From assembly GCA_052034935.1 (NCBI GenBank), contig JBPOIB010000009.1, positions 2,357-66,356 on the forward strand: DNA of 64,000 bases, given 5' to 3'. The position numbers were made by a program, and so were the translations under genes. The DNA is from Candidatus Moraniibacteriota bacterium. Lineage in GTDB: Bacteria; Patescibacteriota; Minisyncoccia; Moranbacterales; UBA1568. Under the pieces are notes generated by a model, which saw only the letters and a list, made by a program, of their open reading frames with translations, did not search any database and was not told the origin of the DNA. Below, piece after piece: positions 9,129 through 18,592 of the stretch (position 1 is the first letter of the stretch; each line of letters opens with the position of its first letter).

Positions 9129-10400
9129 CTATTGTACCAATTCCTGCCGCTTCAGGCTCGGAATGAGCGCTAGAATAAATATGAGAAGGAGACTGATGTG
9201 CAGAGAAAACAAAGCGGTCTCGAATACTGAGTGAGCCAGATACGCCGAAAGTCCGGCAAGAATCGCCGGGGAAAGGGGGTGGGATTTCGAACAGACAACA
9301 GACTGGATCAAGCCGAAAAGAATCCATCCAAAAAAAAGGATAAGTCCCACCAGTCCGAGTTCGGCAGCGACATCGAGAAAGAGATTATGTGCATAGAACG
9401 GGGTCGCTTCCGCAGCAAGCGGATGGTAAAAATTCAGATAATTGCCGATTCCTGTACCGAAAACTGGTTTCTCAGCGATTGCTGATACGGCTCCCTTCCA
9501 GAGAGCTATACGCTCCGTGCTGGACGCATCTTTGAGAGTGAAACTCGTAGAAAATCGTGAAAGTACCGGCTGGCTCAGAATGAGAGCGATAAAAAGCACG
9601 CCGATGAGCAGCGGCAAGTGGCGCTGAAGTGCCGGCCACGGCCGTCTTCGCACCGCTACACCATACATGGCGGCGCCGACTATGAGACCCATATATCCAC
9701 CCCGGGAAAAAGTGAGGATATCTGCCAAGAAAAGCGTCGCCGCGACACTCAAAGCGAGATATTTTGATGTTGATTCGAGGCGAGCAGCACCAAGCGCAAG
9801 AAATCCTGACAAACCGAAGAAAAAAGCAGCCACATGGGGATCGGGAAATACGGCCGTGGTACGCAGCCAGGTTTCGCCACCAATATTGACGAGAAGGCTT
9901 GGGTACTCCGCAACCATGGTAGCAAGCTCTCGCCCTAGAAAGAAGGGGAGGATATTCCCGATAAGGAAGTGGAAAGTCTCGCTTGTCCCGAAAACAAACT
10001 GGGAGAAAAAAATAGTAAGGCCAAGCGTCGCGGCAGCTGTAGCGCCCCAAAGAAGCGACCACAGGCCCTGTCTCATCCGTTTCTTTGACCGAAATTGATA
10101 CTGCCAGATAAAAAATAATGGAAAAAGATTAAAAATGAAGATTATTTTCGGAAAAGCAAGGTCAAATCGGGGCACCCAGAGAAGAGAGGCGGCTACCCAA
10201 AACAGGAATGAGGCAAGTAGCCCCATGGATACCGGGGACGAAAAAGTCCACTCCCGCTTCATGAGTCGCTCGAGGGCAAAGACGATAATAATGCTCAGGG
10301 CGAGACCCCTCGCAAGCGGCAAGTCGAACCCGCCCGGAAAAGGGAGGGCGAATTGAAGCGGAAGACTCGCGATAAGGGCAAGGCTGAGAAAAAAAGACAT
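9129..10400 (-). CDS. O-antigen ligase family (Wzy_C) membrane protein
   Basis: TFSRGG, ERIALW, PVFGTGIGNY, AHNLFL motifs. Confidence 0.88.
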   Translation of the reverse strand: MSFFLSLALIASLPLQFALPFPGGFDLPLARGLALSIIIVFALERLMKREWTFSSPVSMGLLASFLFWVAASLLWVPRFDLAFPKIIFIFNLFPLFFIWQYQFRSKKRMRQGLWSLLWGATAAATLGLTIFFSQFVFGTSETFHFLIGNILPFFLGRELATMVAEYPSLLVNIGGETWLRTTAVFPDPHVAAFFFGLSGFLALGAARLESTSKYLALSVAATLFLADILTFSRGGYMGLIVGAAMYGVAVRRRPWPALQRHLPLLIGVLFIALILSQPVLSRFSTSFTLKDASSTERIALWKGAVSAIAEKPVFGTGIGNYLNFYHPLAAEATPFYAHNLFLDVAAELGLVGLILFFGWILFGLIQSVVCSKSHPLSPAILAGLSAYLAHSVFETALFSLHISLLLIFILALIPSLKRQELVQ

Positions 10401-10403
10401 AGG

Positions 10404-11195
10404 CTATCGGTAACCAAGCACCTTCTGAGCCAAAAGCAAAAGTGCTGACTCGTACCAGGGACGCCATTTTATGAAAAAACGAAGCTGGCTCTTATGAAAA
10501 TGCTTCTTTTGGGCCGGAATCGATCTATGACTCTGGCCGCCGGCATGTAAAAAGCGGAGAAATGGGTAGACGCCGACATAACCACCACGCTCCTTTGCTC
10601 GCCGGGCTAAATCAACGTCTTCAAAATAGAGAAAAAAGTGAGGATCAAAACCATCTAAGGAGTGAAAAAAGTCTTTCTGAATGGCCAGTGCCGCACCGGA
10701 AACCCAGTCTACCGCTTGGACCGCCTTCGCTTCCCAAGGGAAAGGGTGTGGATAAAGTCCAAAATTAGCGCGGAAAAGCGAAGGGAGTCCTGGGTACGCC
10801 CCAGCACTCCACGGTTCACGACTGCCCCCCGGTGTTTCCAGCGCCATTCCATAAATTGCCTTGGGTCGGTAATGGAAGGCGGCGAGAAGGCCGGGGAGAC
10901 TACCCCCCAGAAAAATCGTATCTGGATTGATAAAAAAAAGGAGATTGCCTGCCGCTATCTGACTACCGAGCATATTCGCTCGGCCAAAACCAATATTTCC
11001 CAAAGAATGGACCGTTTTGAGGCGAGGGAAGTCCCGCTTCAACCCTTCAACAAGATCATGCTCAGCACTATCATTATTCACCACGATGTATTCAGCCGAA
11101 AGCCTTGTCTGAGCGAGATATCCTTCCAGACTCGTGAGGCAACGTCGGAGCGATGAAGCACTGCGAAAATTCACTGAAATAAAGCTGATATCCAT
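10404..11195 (-). CDS. GT2 glycosyltransferase (WbbL-like)
   Basis: GFGRAN, FINPD, DWVSGA, FFLYFEDVD. Confidence 0.9.
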   Translation of the reverse strand: MDISFISVNFRSASSLRRCLTSLEGYLAQTRLSAEYIVVNNDSAEHDLVEGLKRDFPRLKTVHSLGNIGFGRANMLGSQIAAGNLLFFINPDTIFLGGSLPGLLAAFHYRPKAIYGMALETPGGSREPWSAGAYPGLPSLFRANFGLYPHPFPWEAKAVQAVDWVSGAALAIQKDFFHSLDGFDPHFFLYFEDVDLARRAKERGGYVGVYPFLRFLHAGGQSHRSIPAQKKHFHKSQLRFFIKWRPWYESALLLLAQKVLGYR

Positions 11196-11212
11196 GACTT
11201 TTCCCCAATATT

Positions 11213-12064
11213 TTAGAGAGAAACGTCAGTATACGCCCGTTCTACCTCCCGTGCCAAGGGACTGTTTGAAATTATGAGCCGGAGACGATTTTTCACCCTT
11301 CTGAGGAGGTAGTAGCCACGTACCCAGAAGTGCCAGAAGCCGCGGCTCTCCCGAAGGAAAAATTCGGCACTCGAGCGCACCAGCCAGTACAGCTTGGTTG
11401 GGCTTTTTTCGCTCTCTTCGCTGTGATAAACCACGGCCGAAGGAACAATGTACCGCCCAATACCGCAGCGCTTCGCGCGAAGTGAATACTCGGCATCTTC
11501 AGCATAAAGAAAGTACCGCTCGGCGAGAAGGCCAAGTGACCGGATAATTGATGCTGGAATAAAAAGAGCACAGCCAGTAAGAAAATCGGAAGTGAAGGCA
11601 TTTTTTCCCGGAAAACTCTGAAAATGCACTGTTTTCATCCGAAAGAAATCGATTTTCCCACCAGAAAACCAAACTGGCCCACCTGGAGAAGAAAGAATGA
11701 GGGGGGAGAGAATGCTCTTTTCTACATTTGACTGAGCCGCCAATTTAAGTGAGGCGAGGGCCGTCGGAGCGACGATTGTATCATTATTGAGCAACCAGTA
11801 AGCATCACAACTTTTCCCTGTTTCAAAGTAGCGCAGCCCAGCATTCATCCCCCCTGCAAAACCGATATTTTTCGGTAGGCGAAGCGTTTCGATTCTAGGA
11901 AATTTCTCCTTCATCTCTTCTAAGATCTCCGTTTCCCCGCCGTTATCCACAACCAGGATGCGATCTCGTGGTTCAAGCGTCTTTACGAGCGAATCAAGGC
12001 AGGCGGGCAAAACGTGCTCCCCATGGTAGTTCAAGATAATAACCGCGACACGGTACGGGCGCAT
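11213..12064 (-). CDS. GT2 glycosyltransferase
   Basis: IILNY, VVDNG, NIGFAGGMN, LLNND, YFLYAED. Confidence 0.9.
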   Translation of the reverse strand: MRPYRVAVIILNYHGEHVLPACLDSLVKTLEPRDRILVVDNGGETEILEEMKEKFPRIETLRLPKNIGFAGGMNAGLRYFETGKSCDAYWLLNNDTIVAPTALASLKLAAQSNVEKSILSPLILSSPGGPVWFSGGKIDFFRMKTVHFQSFPGKNAFTSDFLTGCALFIPASIIRSLGLLAERYFLYAEDAEYSLRAKRCGIGRYIVPSAVVYHSEESEKSPTKLYWLVRSSAEFFLRESRGFWHFWVRGYYLLRRVKNRLRLIISNSPLAREVERAYTDVSL

Positions 12065-12070
12065 AGGCCT

Positions 12071-13531
12071 TTAGGCGATAGGGAGAGGATTCGTCGGGGT
12101 TTCATTCTGAGCTTCTTTTGAAGCAAAGACGCTCATCACTTCTGCTGAGGTGACCGCTTTTGTCAGCCAGAGCAGCAAAAGGTATGACACTGCTGCAAGT
12201 ACGAGCGCTACGATGAAGGGGAGGGCTGATGATACAGCAAGAACACCTGCCATTGCACCGGCCGAAAGGAAAATTCTCGGTAATCGATCCGGTTTTGGGA
12301 AAAAACCAAGCGTTTTATAGGCAATCCAGCCCGAGACGATAACGACCAGCATCTCAGTAAAGGCCGAGGAGACCGCTGCGCCAAAGTAAGAGAATTCTCT
12401 GATCAGGAGAGTATTCAGGGTAACGTTGACCACAGCAATAAGTGCAAGCGCCTTGAGGAGCTTCTTTTGAGCGTTACCGACAAGGATGAGCATATTAAAG
12501 TAGTGTCCAAAGAAAATTCCGGCCAGAGAGAAGATGAGGACGCGCAAAACTTCAGCCGAGGCATCGAATCCTGAGCCCGTCACGATTGAAATAATACCTG
12601 GCGAGAGGAAAAGGGTGCCGACAACGATAGGGAGGACGATAGCAATAAAAACTTTCGCTGTTTTTTCTGCAATTTCCCGGAATTCGCGCTCATCGGTCTG
12701 TTTTGCCCGCGAAAGCAGCGGGAGAATAAGCCCAACCAGCATCGCCGGGAAGAAAATAAGATTCTCCATCACTTTATAGGCAACGTTATAGATGCCGACG
12801 TCCGCTGCCGGTTGGAGGAGAGAAAGAATGATCGTATCGAGTTTGAAGTATGCGAAAGTGATGATCGCGGTGAGGCCGAGCGGCCACGCATCATGCATGA
12901 ATATCCGCCAGAAGGCCCGATCAAAGGAGAAGCTGAAGTGAACAAAGGATCGGGAAAGCCAAAGAGAGACAGAAGCATTAAACATCATCGTTAAGAGAAC
13001 AGCGCTTACTATCGCAATAAATCCGAGATCAAATTTCACCGCGAGGTAGATCAGCGTAAACTGGATGATTTTCCCAACAAATTCAACCATCGCCACCCGA
13101 TCCATAGCGAGCCGCTTCTGGAAAATCCCGTTCAAAAGCGTACTGAATTGAGCAAAAAGAAGCGCCACCGTAACGAGCACGATCCCACCCTTCACATGGG
13201 GGGCATAGTGGAAGAACCCGATGATAAGGGGGGCAATCACGATGATCGCAATACTCGCTATCACCCGAAGCCCCGCGACCTTACCGAAGAACTCCGCCTC
13301 GTTCACATCCGGCTTTGCAATCTCGCGAGCCGTAATATTGGCAAGACCGAGATCACCGATTGCACCAAAAAAGGCGAAGAAGGCCAAGACCGTCGCGTAT
13401 TCACCAAAACCCTCCTGTCCGAGGTAGCCGGTAATAAGCCGGATAGAGAGAAGCGCAATGAAAACGGTCGACGTCACCTTGAGCGCCGAGTTAAACACCA
13501 CGTTATAGGCTATTTTTCTCGCCAGCGCCAT
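12071..13531 (-). CDS. Wzx-type polysaccharide flippase (MOP superfamily)
   Basis: 12-14 TM; LGQEGFGEY, DLGL, LDTIILS, VGIYNVAY; start moved to ATG 13531. Confidence 0.88.
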   Translation of the reverse strand: MALARKIAYNVVFNSALKVTSTVFIALLSIRLITGYLGQEGFGEYATVLAFFAFFGAIGDLGLANITAREIAKPDVNEAEFFGKVAGLRVIASIAIIVIAPLIIGFFHYAPHVKGGIVLVTVALLFAQFSTLLNGIFQKRLAMDRVAMVEFVGKIIQFTLIYLAVKFDLGFIAIVSAVLLTMMFNASVSLWLSRSFVHFSFSFDRAFWRIFMHDAWPLGLTAIITFAYFKLDTIILSLLQPAADVGIYNVAYKVMENLIFFPAMLVGLILPLLSRAKQTDEREFREIAEKTAKVFIAIVLPIVVGTLFLSPGIISIVTGSGFDASAEVLRVLIFSLAGIFFGHYFNMLILVGNAQKKLLKALALIAVVNVTLNTLLIREFSYFGAAVSSAFTEMLVVIVSGWIAYKTLGFFPKPDRLPRIFLSAGAMAGVLAVSSALPFIVALVLAAVSYLLLLWLTKAVTSAEVMSVFASKEAQNETPTNPLPIA

Positions 13532-13541
13532 GTGAAAAACC

Positions 13542-14036
13542 TTAACGGGCTGATTCCTCTTCTTCTGGGCGTTTTTTGATAAGTATCTTCCGCTCCTCAC
13601 CGTTTCCAATACTTTCGGTCGTTACGGTCGGATGAGCCGCAAAAAGGTGATGGATGAGTTTGCGTTCGAATGAAAGCATGGGGCGAAGGGTGGCCGGGAG
13701 TCCTGATTCCTCGACTTCCTTTGCCGCTACGAGAGCCTCACGTTCAAGAAAGACCTTTTTTTCTTGAAAATAGTGATTTACGTCGAGCGAAATTACGCCG
13801 TTCTTGGGCATTTCTTTGCGAACAGCTAATTTCACGATATGGAGCAGCGCCCCGACATTGGCACCATGCTGACCAATCAGGAGGTTTTGCCCATCATGAA
13901 GGGTTATTTCGCCATGATACTCAATTTTTTCATCCGGTAATGCTACTTCGGACACCTTCACCTCTGCATCAAATCCGATCCGTTGAATCAGATCCTTAAT
14001 AGTCACGGTGAGTGTTTGACGAAAGGGCTCATCCAT
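13542..14036 (-). CDS. jag: Jag/EloR (KhpB) KH + R3H RNA-binding protein, short form
   Basis: LLIGQHG KH loop, PMLSFERKLIH R3H; downstream of yidC; start moved to 14036. Confidence 0.85.
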   Translation of the reverse strand: MDEPFRQTLTVTIKDLIQRIGFDAEVKVSEVALPDEKIEYHGEITLHDGQNLLIGQHGANVGALLHIVKLAVRKEMPKNGVISLDVNHYFQEKKVFLEREALVAAKEVEESGLPATLRPMLSFERKLIHHLFAAHPTVTTESIGNGEERKILIKKRPEEEESAR

Positions 14037-14041
14037 AAGTC

Positions 14042-14785
14042 TTACTTCTGGCTTACCAAGGCGTTTTTCGGTTGTTTTGTAAATATCCACTTCTGTTGCG
14101 CCCAGGAAAGGAGCGTCGATACGAACCAATACAGTGAGAGGGCAGCTGGGAACTGAAAGCTGAAGAAGAAAACGAGCGCTGGACCGAGATAGAGCATCTG
14201 CTTTCCCATTATAGCAGCCATATCTGGCATTTCGCCGTCTTTCTTTGGGGTAGCTGCTGTTTGGGGCAGTATCATTTTTGTCTGGAAGTACTGGGCGATT
14301 GCTGCAAGGGCACCGAGAAGCGGACTTGCCTTCAGCATATCGAGAATCCCGAATGCCATATACTTGATTTCTCCCGGATTTTCGACGAAGCCATAGAGGT
14401 CAGCCGCATTGATAATAAGCTTTTTCTCGGAAATATTCATAATCACGTGGTAGAACGTGATGAAAAAAACCAATTGTACGATGAGGGGGAGGCAGCCGGC
14501 AAAGGGGTTCACCTTATTCTCCTTATAGCACTCCATAGTGGCTTTCGTCTGCTTTTCCTTATCCCCCTTATAGCGTTCCTGAATTTCCTTGATTTTCGGC
14601 TGTATTTCCTGCATCCGCTTCTGTTGTTCAATCTGCATGCGGGACAGGGAGAGGAAGGCTCCCTTGATTACCAGTGTGGTCAGAATAATTGCAATACCGA
14701 AGTCTTGAATCGGCAGGTTGGCATAAAAAAATACCACGAGGTTATAGAGTGGCTGATATATGAACGCGTGAAAGACTTCAGTCAT
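14042..14785 (-). CDS. yidC: membrane protein insertase YidC
   Basis: QPKIKEIQERYK, NPFAGCLP, LSLYW. Confidence 0.95.
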   Translation of the reverse strand: MTEVFHAFIYQPLYNLVVFFYANLPIQDFGIAIILTTLVIKGAFLSLSRMQIEQQKRMQEIQPKIKEIQERYKGDKEKQTKATMECYKENKVNPFAGCLPLIVQLVFFITFYHVIMNISEKKLIINAADLYGFVENPGEIKYMAFGILDMLKASPLLGALAAIAQYFQTKMILPQTAATPKKDGEMPDMAAIMGKQMLYLGPALVFFFSFQFPAALSLYWFVSTLLSWAQQKWIFTKQPKNALVSQK

Positions 14786-14787
14786 AG

Positions 14788-15135
14788 CTATTTTTTCTCA
14801 TTTTTAAGTCTCAAAACTAGCCCCCTTAATATCTGAGCTAACCCCTCATATGTCGGCCCCGAAGAGAACGGACGCTGGAAAAGAATAATTACCTCCGCTC
14901 CGAATGGGAGTTCGGCGTGCAACTCCCTCATTATCGCACTTCCTTTCCGCTTAAGGAAATGCCGTGAAACCGACCGAGGAAAGGTTTTTTGCTTAAACGC
15001 AAATCCGACCCGGGCCGGCCGATTGCCACCAAGTCGAAAAAAAAGAGCTATTTCTGAGCCAAAAATAGCCTTCCTTGATCGAAAAATGGATTCGAAGCTC
15101 TCTCTCCCTCCCAGGCGGAGGTTTTTTGGGAGCAT
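14788..15135 (-). CDS. rnpA: RNase P protein component
   Basis: MLPKNLRL start, RVGF, SVSRHFLKR (RNR motif variant); lies between rpmH and yidC. Confidence 0.85.
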   Translation of the reverse strand: MLPKNLRLGGRESFESIFRSRKAIFGSEIALFFRLGGNRPARVGFAFKQKTFPRSVSRHFLKRKGSAIMRELHAELPFGAEVIILFQRPFSSGPTYEGLAQILRGLVLRLKNEKK

Positions 15136-15139
15136 ACGC

Positions 15140-15280
15140 CTAAACGGAGAGTTTTTTTCTCCCTTGGCGACGACGGCGAGTAATGACGGCCTGGCCGCCC
15201 TTTTCACTCATTCGCTTCAGAAACCCGTGCCGACGGGCTCGACGGCGCTTTTTCGGCTGATAGGTGCGCTTTGTTGCCAT
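15140..15280 (-). CDS. rpmH: 50S ribosomal protein L34
   Basis: [21 protein letters not shown]. Confidence 0.97.
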   Translation of the reverse strand: MATKRTYQPKKRRRARRHGFLKRMSEKGGQAVITRRRRQGRKKLSV

Positions 15281-15398
15281 AGTTACAGAAAAATATGTGT
15301 AGTCCAATTTTATTTGAAACAAGGGAAAAAGTCAATACAGCCACCCTTTTCACCCCTCATCACAAGTCCAGTAACCCAGAAAGATTAAAGTCTACAAC

Positions 15399-15454
15399 TT
15401 TCCCACGCTTTTACAGAACCACTTTATACACCGAGTTTCCACATTTTATGCACG
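15399..15454. promoter_or_regulatory. DnaA-box cluster upstream of dnaA (oriC part 1 or dnaA autoregulation)
   Basis: TTATACACC 15424, GTTTCCACA 15435, TTATGCACG 15446, TTTCCCACG 15399. Confidence 0.65.
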
Positions 15455-15512
15455 TTTTTGTATCGATAGAACGGGGTCTGCGTGATATAATCAGTTTCAC
15501 TTGTCTTTACTT

Positions 15513-16946
15513 ATGACTGATGAAGAGCTCTGGAAGGCGGCCCTGGGACAGATAGAACTTTCTCTCTCTCGGGCCAATTTCATTACCTGGTTCAAAAATA
15601 CAACTATTCTCTCTCGGTCTGATGGGCGAGTTGTTATTGGTGTGCCCAATGGGTTTGCAAAAGAGTGGTTAGAGAACAAATACAACCTCTACATCATCAA
15701 GGCTCTCAAGAGCCTTGATCCGAGTATTCAGGATATTAAGTGCTCTATCTCTCCCAGTAATCGCCAGGCCGTAGTAGCCACAGCACCAACAAAATCAATG
15801 GATGTCGCGCGCCCGGCAAGCCAAAATCAAACTACCCCACCCCCAGTACCAAATGGATTCTCTCGGAAACGGATTTCGGAAACACCCGTCACTAATCCTA
15901 ATAGTGGAGAACTTTTCGCGAGCAACCTCAATAAACGCTACACCTTCGAGAACTTCATCGTTGCAGAGAACAATGAGCTCGCTCGAGCCGCCTGTTTCGC
16001 TATTTCTCAGAACCTCGGACACCTCTACAACCCGCTTTTCATCTATGGCGGCGTCGGACTCGGCAAAACCCATCTCCTCCAAGCTCTCGGAAATGAAATC
16101 AATACGAAACATCCCGAAAAAAAGGTAAAATATATCACTTCCGAGCGATTTACAAGCGAACTCGTCGAATCAATCAAGAATCAGACGGTTGACCAGTTCA
16201 AAACAGCCTATGAGCACATTGATCTCCTCATCATCGATGACGTGCAGTTCCTTTCCGGACGCGAGAAAACCCAGAATGAATTTTTCCATATTTTCAACGC
16301 CCTCTATCAGCTCAATAAGCAGATTGTCATTTCAAGCGACCGAACGCCGAAATCCATCCCTACTCTTGAGGAGCGGCTCCGGTCCCGATTCGAAGGTGGA
16401 ATGATCGCTGATATCAGCAAACCAAGCCTCGAGACGCGCGTCGCTATTCTTCAGACCAAAGCCCAGGAAAAAAACATACCAATCGATCAGCCATCCATCC
16501 AATTCATCGCTGAGCATGTCAAAAATAATGTCCGGGAGCTCGAGGGGGCGCTTTCACGAGTCTTGGCCTATAGCGAATTCCAAAAAGTGCCCATTACCCT
16601 CCCACTTGTTCAAAAAGCACTCTCCGATATGATTATTCAGACAAAAAAATCAGTAAAACTTGATGATATTGTCCAAGTAGTCAGTGATTTTTATGGGATT
16701 GCTATTGAGGAGATGGTGAAGAAGGGCCGAAAGAAAGAAGTCGCCCACCCTCGCCAGATTGCCATGTATCTTCTCCGGACCGAGCTCGACACCCCCTTCT
16801 CAACGATCGGAGATTTTTTCGGTGGACGCGATCACACCACTGTTCTCCATGCTGTGGAAAAAGTCACCAAAACTAAAGAGTCTACTACTCGTGTCCGGGA
16901 AGAACTCCACTCGCTTAAGGAAAAACTCCAGGCAGCAGGTGTATAA
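15513..16946 (+). CDS. dnaA: chromosomal replication initiator DnaA
   Basis: YNPLFIYGGVGLGKTHL, LIIDDVQF, RLRSRF, GGRDHTTV. Confidence 0.98.
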   Translation: MTDEELWKAALGQIELSLSRANFITWFKNTTILSRSDGRVVIGVPNGFAKEWLENKYNLYIIKALKSLDPSIQDIKCSISPSNRQAVVATAPTKSMDVARPASQNQTTPPPVPNGFSRKRISETPVTNPNSGELFASNLNKRYTFENFIVAENNELARAACFAISQNLGHLYNPLFIYGGVGLGKTHLLQALGNEINTKHPEKKVKYITSERFTSELVESIKNQTVDQFKTAYEHIDLLIIDDVQFLSGREKTQNEFFHIFNALYQLNKQIVISSDRTPKSIPTLEERLRSRFEGGMIADISKPSLETRVAILQTKAQEKNIPIDQPSIQFIAEHVKNNVRELEGALSRVLAYSEFQKVPITLPLVQKALSDMIIQTKKSVKLDDIVQVVSDFYGIAIEEMVKKGRKKEVAHPRQIAMYLLRTELDTPFSTIGDFFGGRDHTTVLHAVEKVTKTKESTTRVREELHSLKEKLQAAGV

Positions 16947-17159
16947 GGCCTGTATAACTCTGTATTTCCTCGTGCTCGTTTGTGGACAAACACCTTCTTT
17001 ATGGATAATCCATCAGTTCCACACCTACTCCGTACAATCCACTCCACAAACTTATTTTTATAAAAACCTTTATTAGAGCCTCAACACCGTCATTTCCACA
17101 TATACAGTACGCTAATAACAATAATTTTAATAAATAACCTTACTTAATTACTTACCAAT
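16947..17159. other. replication origin oriC (dnaA-dnaN spacer)
   Basis: DnaA-box-like TGTGGACAA 16981, TATGGATAA 17000, ATTTCCACA 17092, then an AT-rich TAA-repeat tract (17110-17159) resembling DnaA-trios/DUE. Confidence 0.8.
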
Positions 17160-18284
17160 ATGAAACTCTCATGTACTCAGGAAAATCTTCGGATAGCACT
17201 CTCATCACTCGAACGTATCGTTGGAAAACAAAGTACTCTGCCGATACTAAGCAATATCCTGCTTGAAACAGAGCGGGGTCAACTTCGGCTTTCTGCGACG
17301 AATCTTGAAATCGGGGTTATTACCTCGATTGGTGCAAAAATCGAAGCAGAGGGGAAAATAACCGTACCGGCGAAATTGCTCATAAATTTCATCCAGAATC
17401 TGGCTGGTGATCAGATTGTCGGAATTGAACAAATAGGAACGCAGGTTGTGCTCGAAAGCGGAAATTACCGGGTGAAAATTAATGGTCTTGATAGTAAGGA
17501 TTTTCCCATCATCCCGGAAAAGTCGGGTGGTCATACCTTTACTATTCAGTCGGAACTACTCCGTCAGGGACTCCAGCGAACACTCTTCTGTGTCTCGCTT
17601 AATGAAAGCCGTCCTGAATTGACAGGTGTGTTGATGAATATTAAAGAAGGGGATGTTTTTCTGGTCGCGACAGATAGTTTTCGTCTAGCCGAGTGGCATT
17701 CCCAAGGGGCGGCTCAGTGGGAAGGTGAGGAAATGACTGAGTTGTCTGTCATTATTCCGAACTATACCCTTCAGGAGGTATTGCGCGTCATGTCTCAGCC
17801 GACAGAAGGAGTTCAGGTAACGCTCGAAGAAAATCAGGTCTTCTTCGAATTAGGCAGTACGCGCATTGTTTCTCGTCTCATAAACGGCCGTTTTCCTGAA
17901 TACCAGGCGATTTTGCCGAAGCAATATACAATGGATGTAACCGTCACTCAGGAAGATCTTCAACGTGCACTCAAAATGGCGACGTCCTTCTCGGTCTATA
18001 GTTCCGGCGAAGTCACTTTTCAGCTGAATTCCGAAGAAGGACGACTTGAAATTGCTTCCCAATCCCAGGGTATCGGAGAACAGATAGCCAAAATCCCTTT
18101 TACAGGAACCGTAACGGAACCGCTTCAGATCGTATTCAGCCCGAGATATATCCTCGAAGGAGTCTCAGCACAACGGGGTGAAGAAATCATCCTTTCGATG
18201 AATTCATCAAGCACACCAGTTCGGATATCATCAGATGCTGAACGGGCAAGCTATCTTTACATCGTGATGCCGATTCGGAAATAA
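17160..18284 (+). CDS. dnaN: DNA polymerase III beta sliding clamp
   Basis: LPILSNIL, ATNLE, ATDSFRL, SRLINGRFPEY, IVMPIR. Confidence 0.97.
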   Translation: MKLSCTQENLRIALSSLERIVGKQSTLPILSNILLETERGQLRLSATNLEIGVITSIGAKIEAEGKITVPAKLLINFIQNLAGDQIVGIEQIGTQVVLESGNYRVKINGLDSKDFPIIPEKSGGHTFTIQSELLRQGLQRTLFCVSLNESRPELTGVLMNIKEGDVFLVATDSFRLAEWHSQGAAQWEGEEMTELSVIIPNYTLQEVLRVMSQPTEGVQVTLEENQVFFELGSTRIVSRLINGRFPEYQAILPKQYTMDVTVTQEDLQRALKMATSFSVYSSGEVTFQLNSEEGRLEIASQSQGIGEQIAKIPFTGTVTEPLQIVFSPRYILEGVSAQRGEEIILSMNSSSTPVRISSDAERASYLYIVMPIRK

Positions 18285-18292
18285 AGGAAAGT

Positions 18293-18592
18293 ATGCGCTC
18301 GCTGCGAGATTTTATCGGGAAGAGAGAGGGTAATTTCCATATTTCCCAACTCGATGATAAGACAGTGTTTTTTCTTTTTCGGAAGATTATCCGTGAAGAA
18401 TACGGGAATCGGGGAGTGAACGAACTGTCACCGGTTATTTTTTCCGAAGGGGTGCTCTCTATTAAAGCGAGTAATCCGCTGTACTCGAACGAGCTCTGGA
18501 TGCGACGTGAGATGCTTATCGAGCAAATGAACCGGGAGCTCGGTGAAGCGGGGATTCTCGAGATACGGCTTGTCCGTTATGACGGTCAATAG
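18293..18592 (+). CDS. DciA/DUF721 family protein
   Basis: Small protein after dnaN; GVLSIKASNPLYSNEL...LIEQMN...EIRL pattern. Confidence 0.7.
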   Translation: MRSLRDFIGKREGNFHISQLDDKTVFFLFRKIIREEYGNRGVNELSPVIFSEGVLSIKASNPLYSNELWMRREMLIEQMNRELGEAGILEIRLVRYDGQ

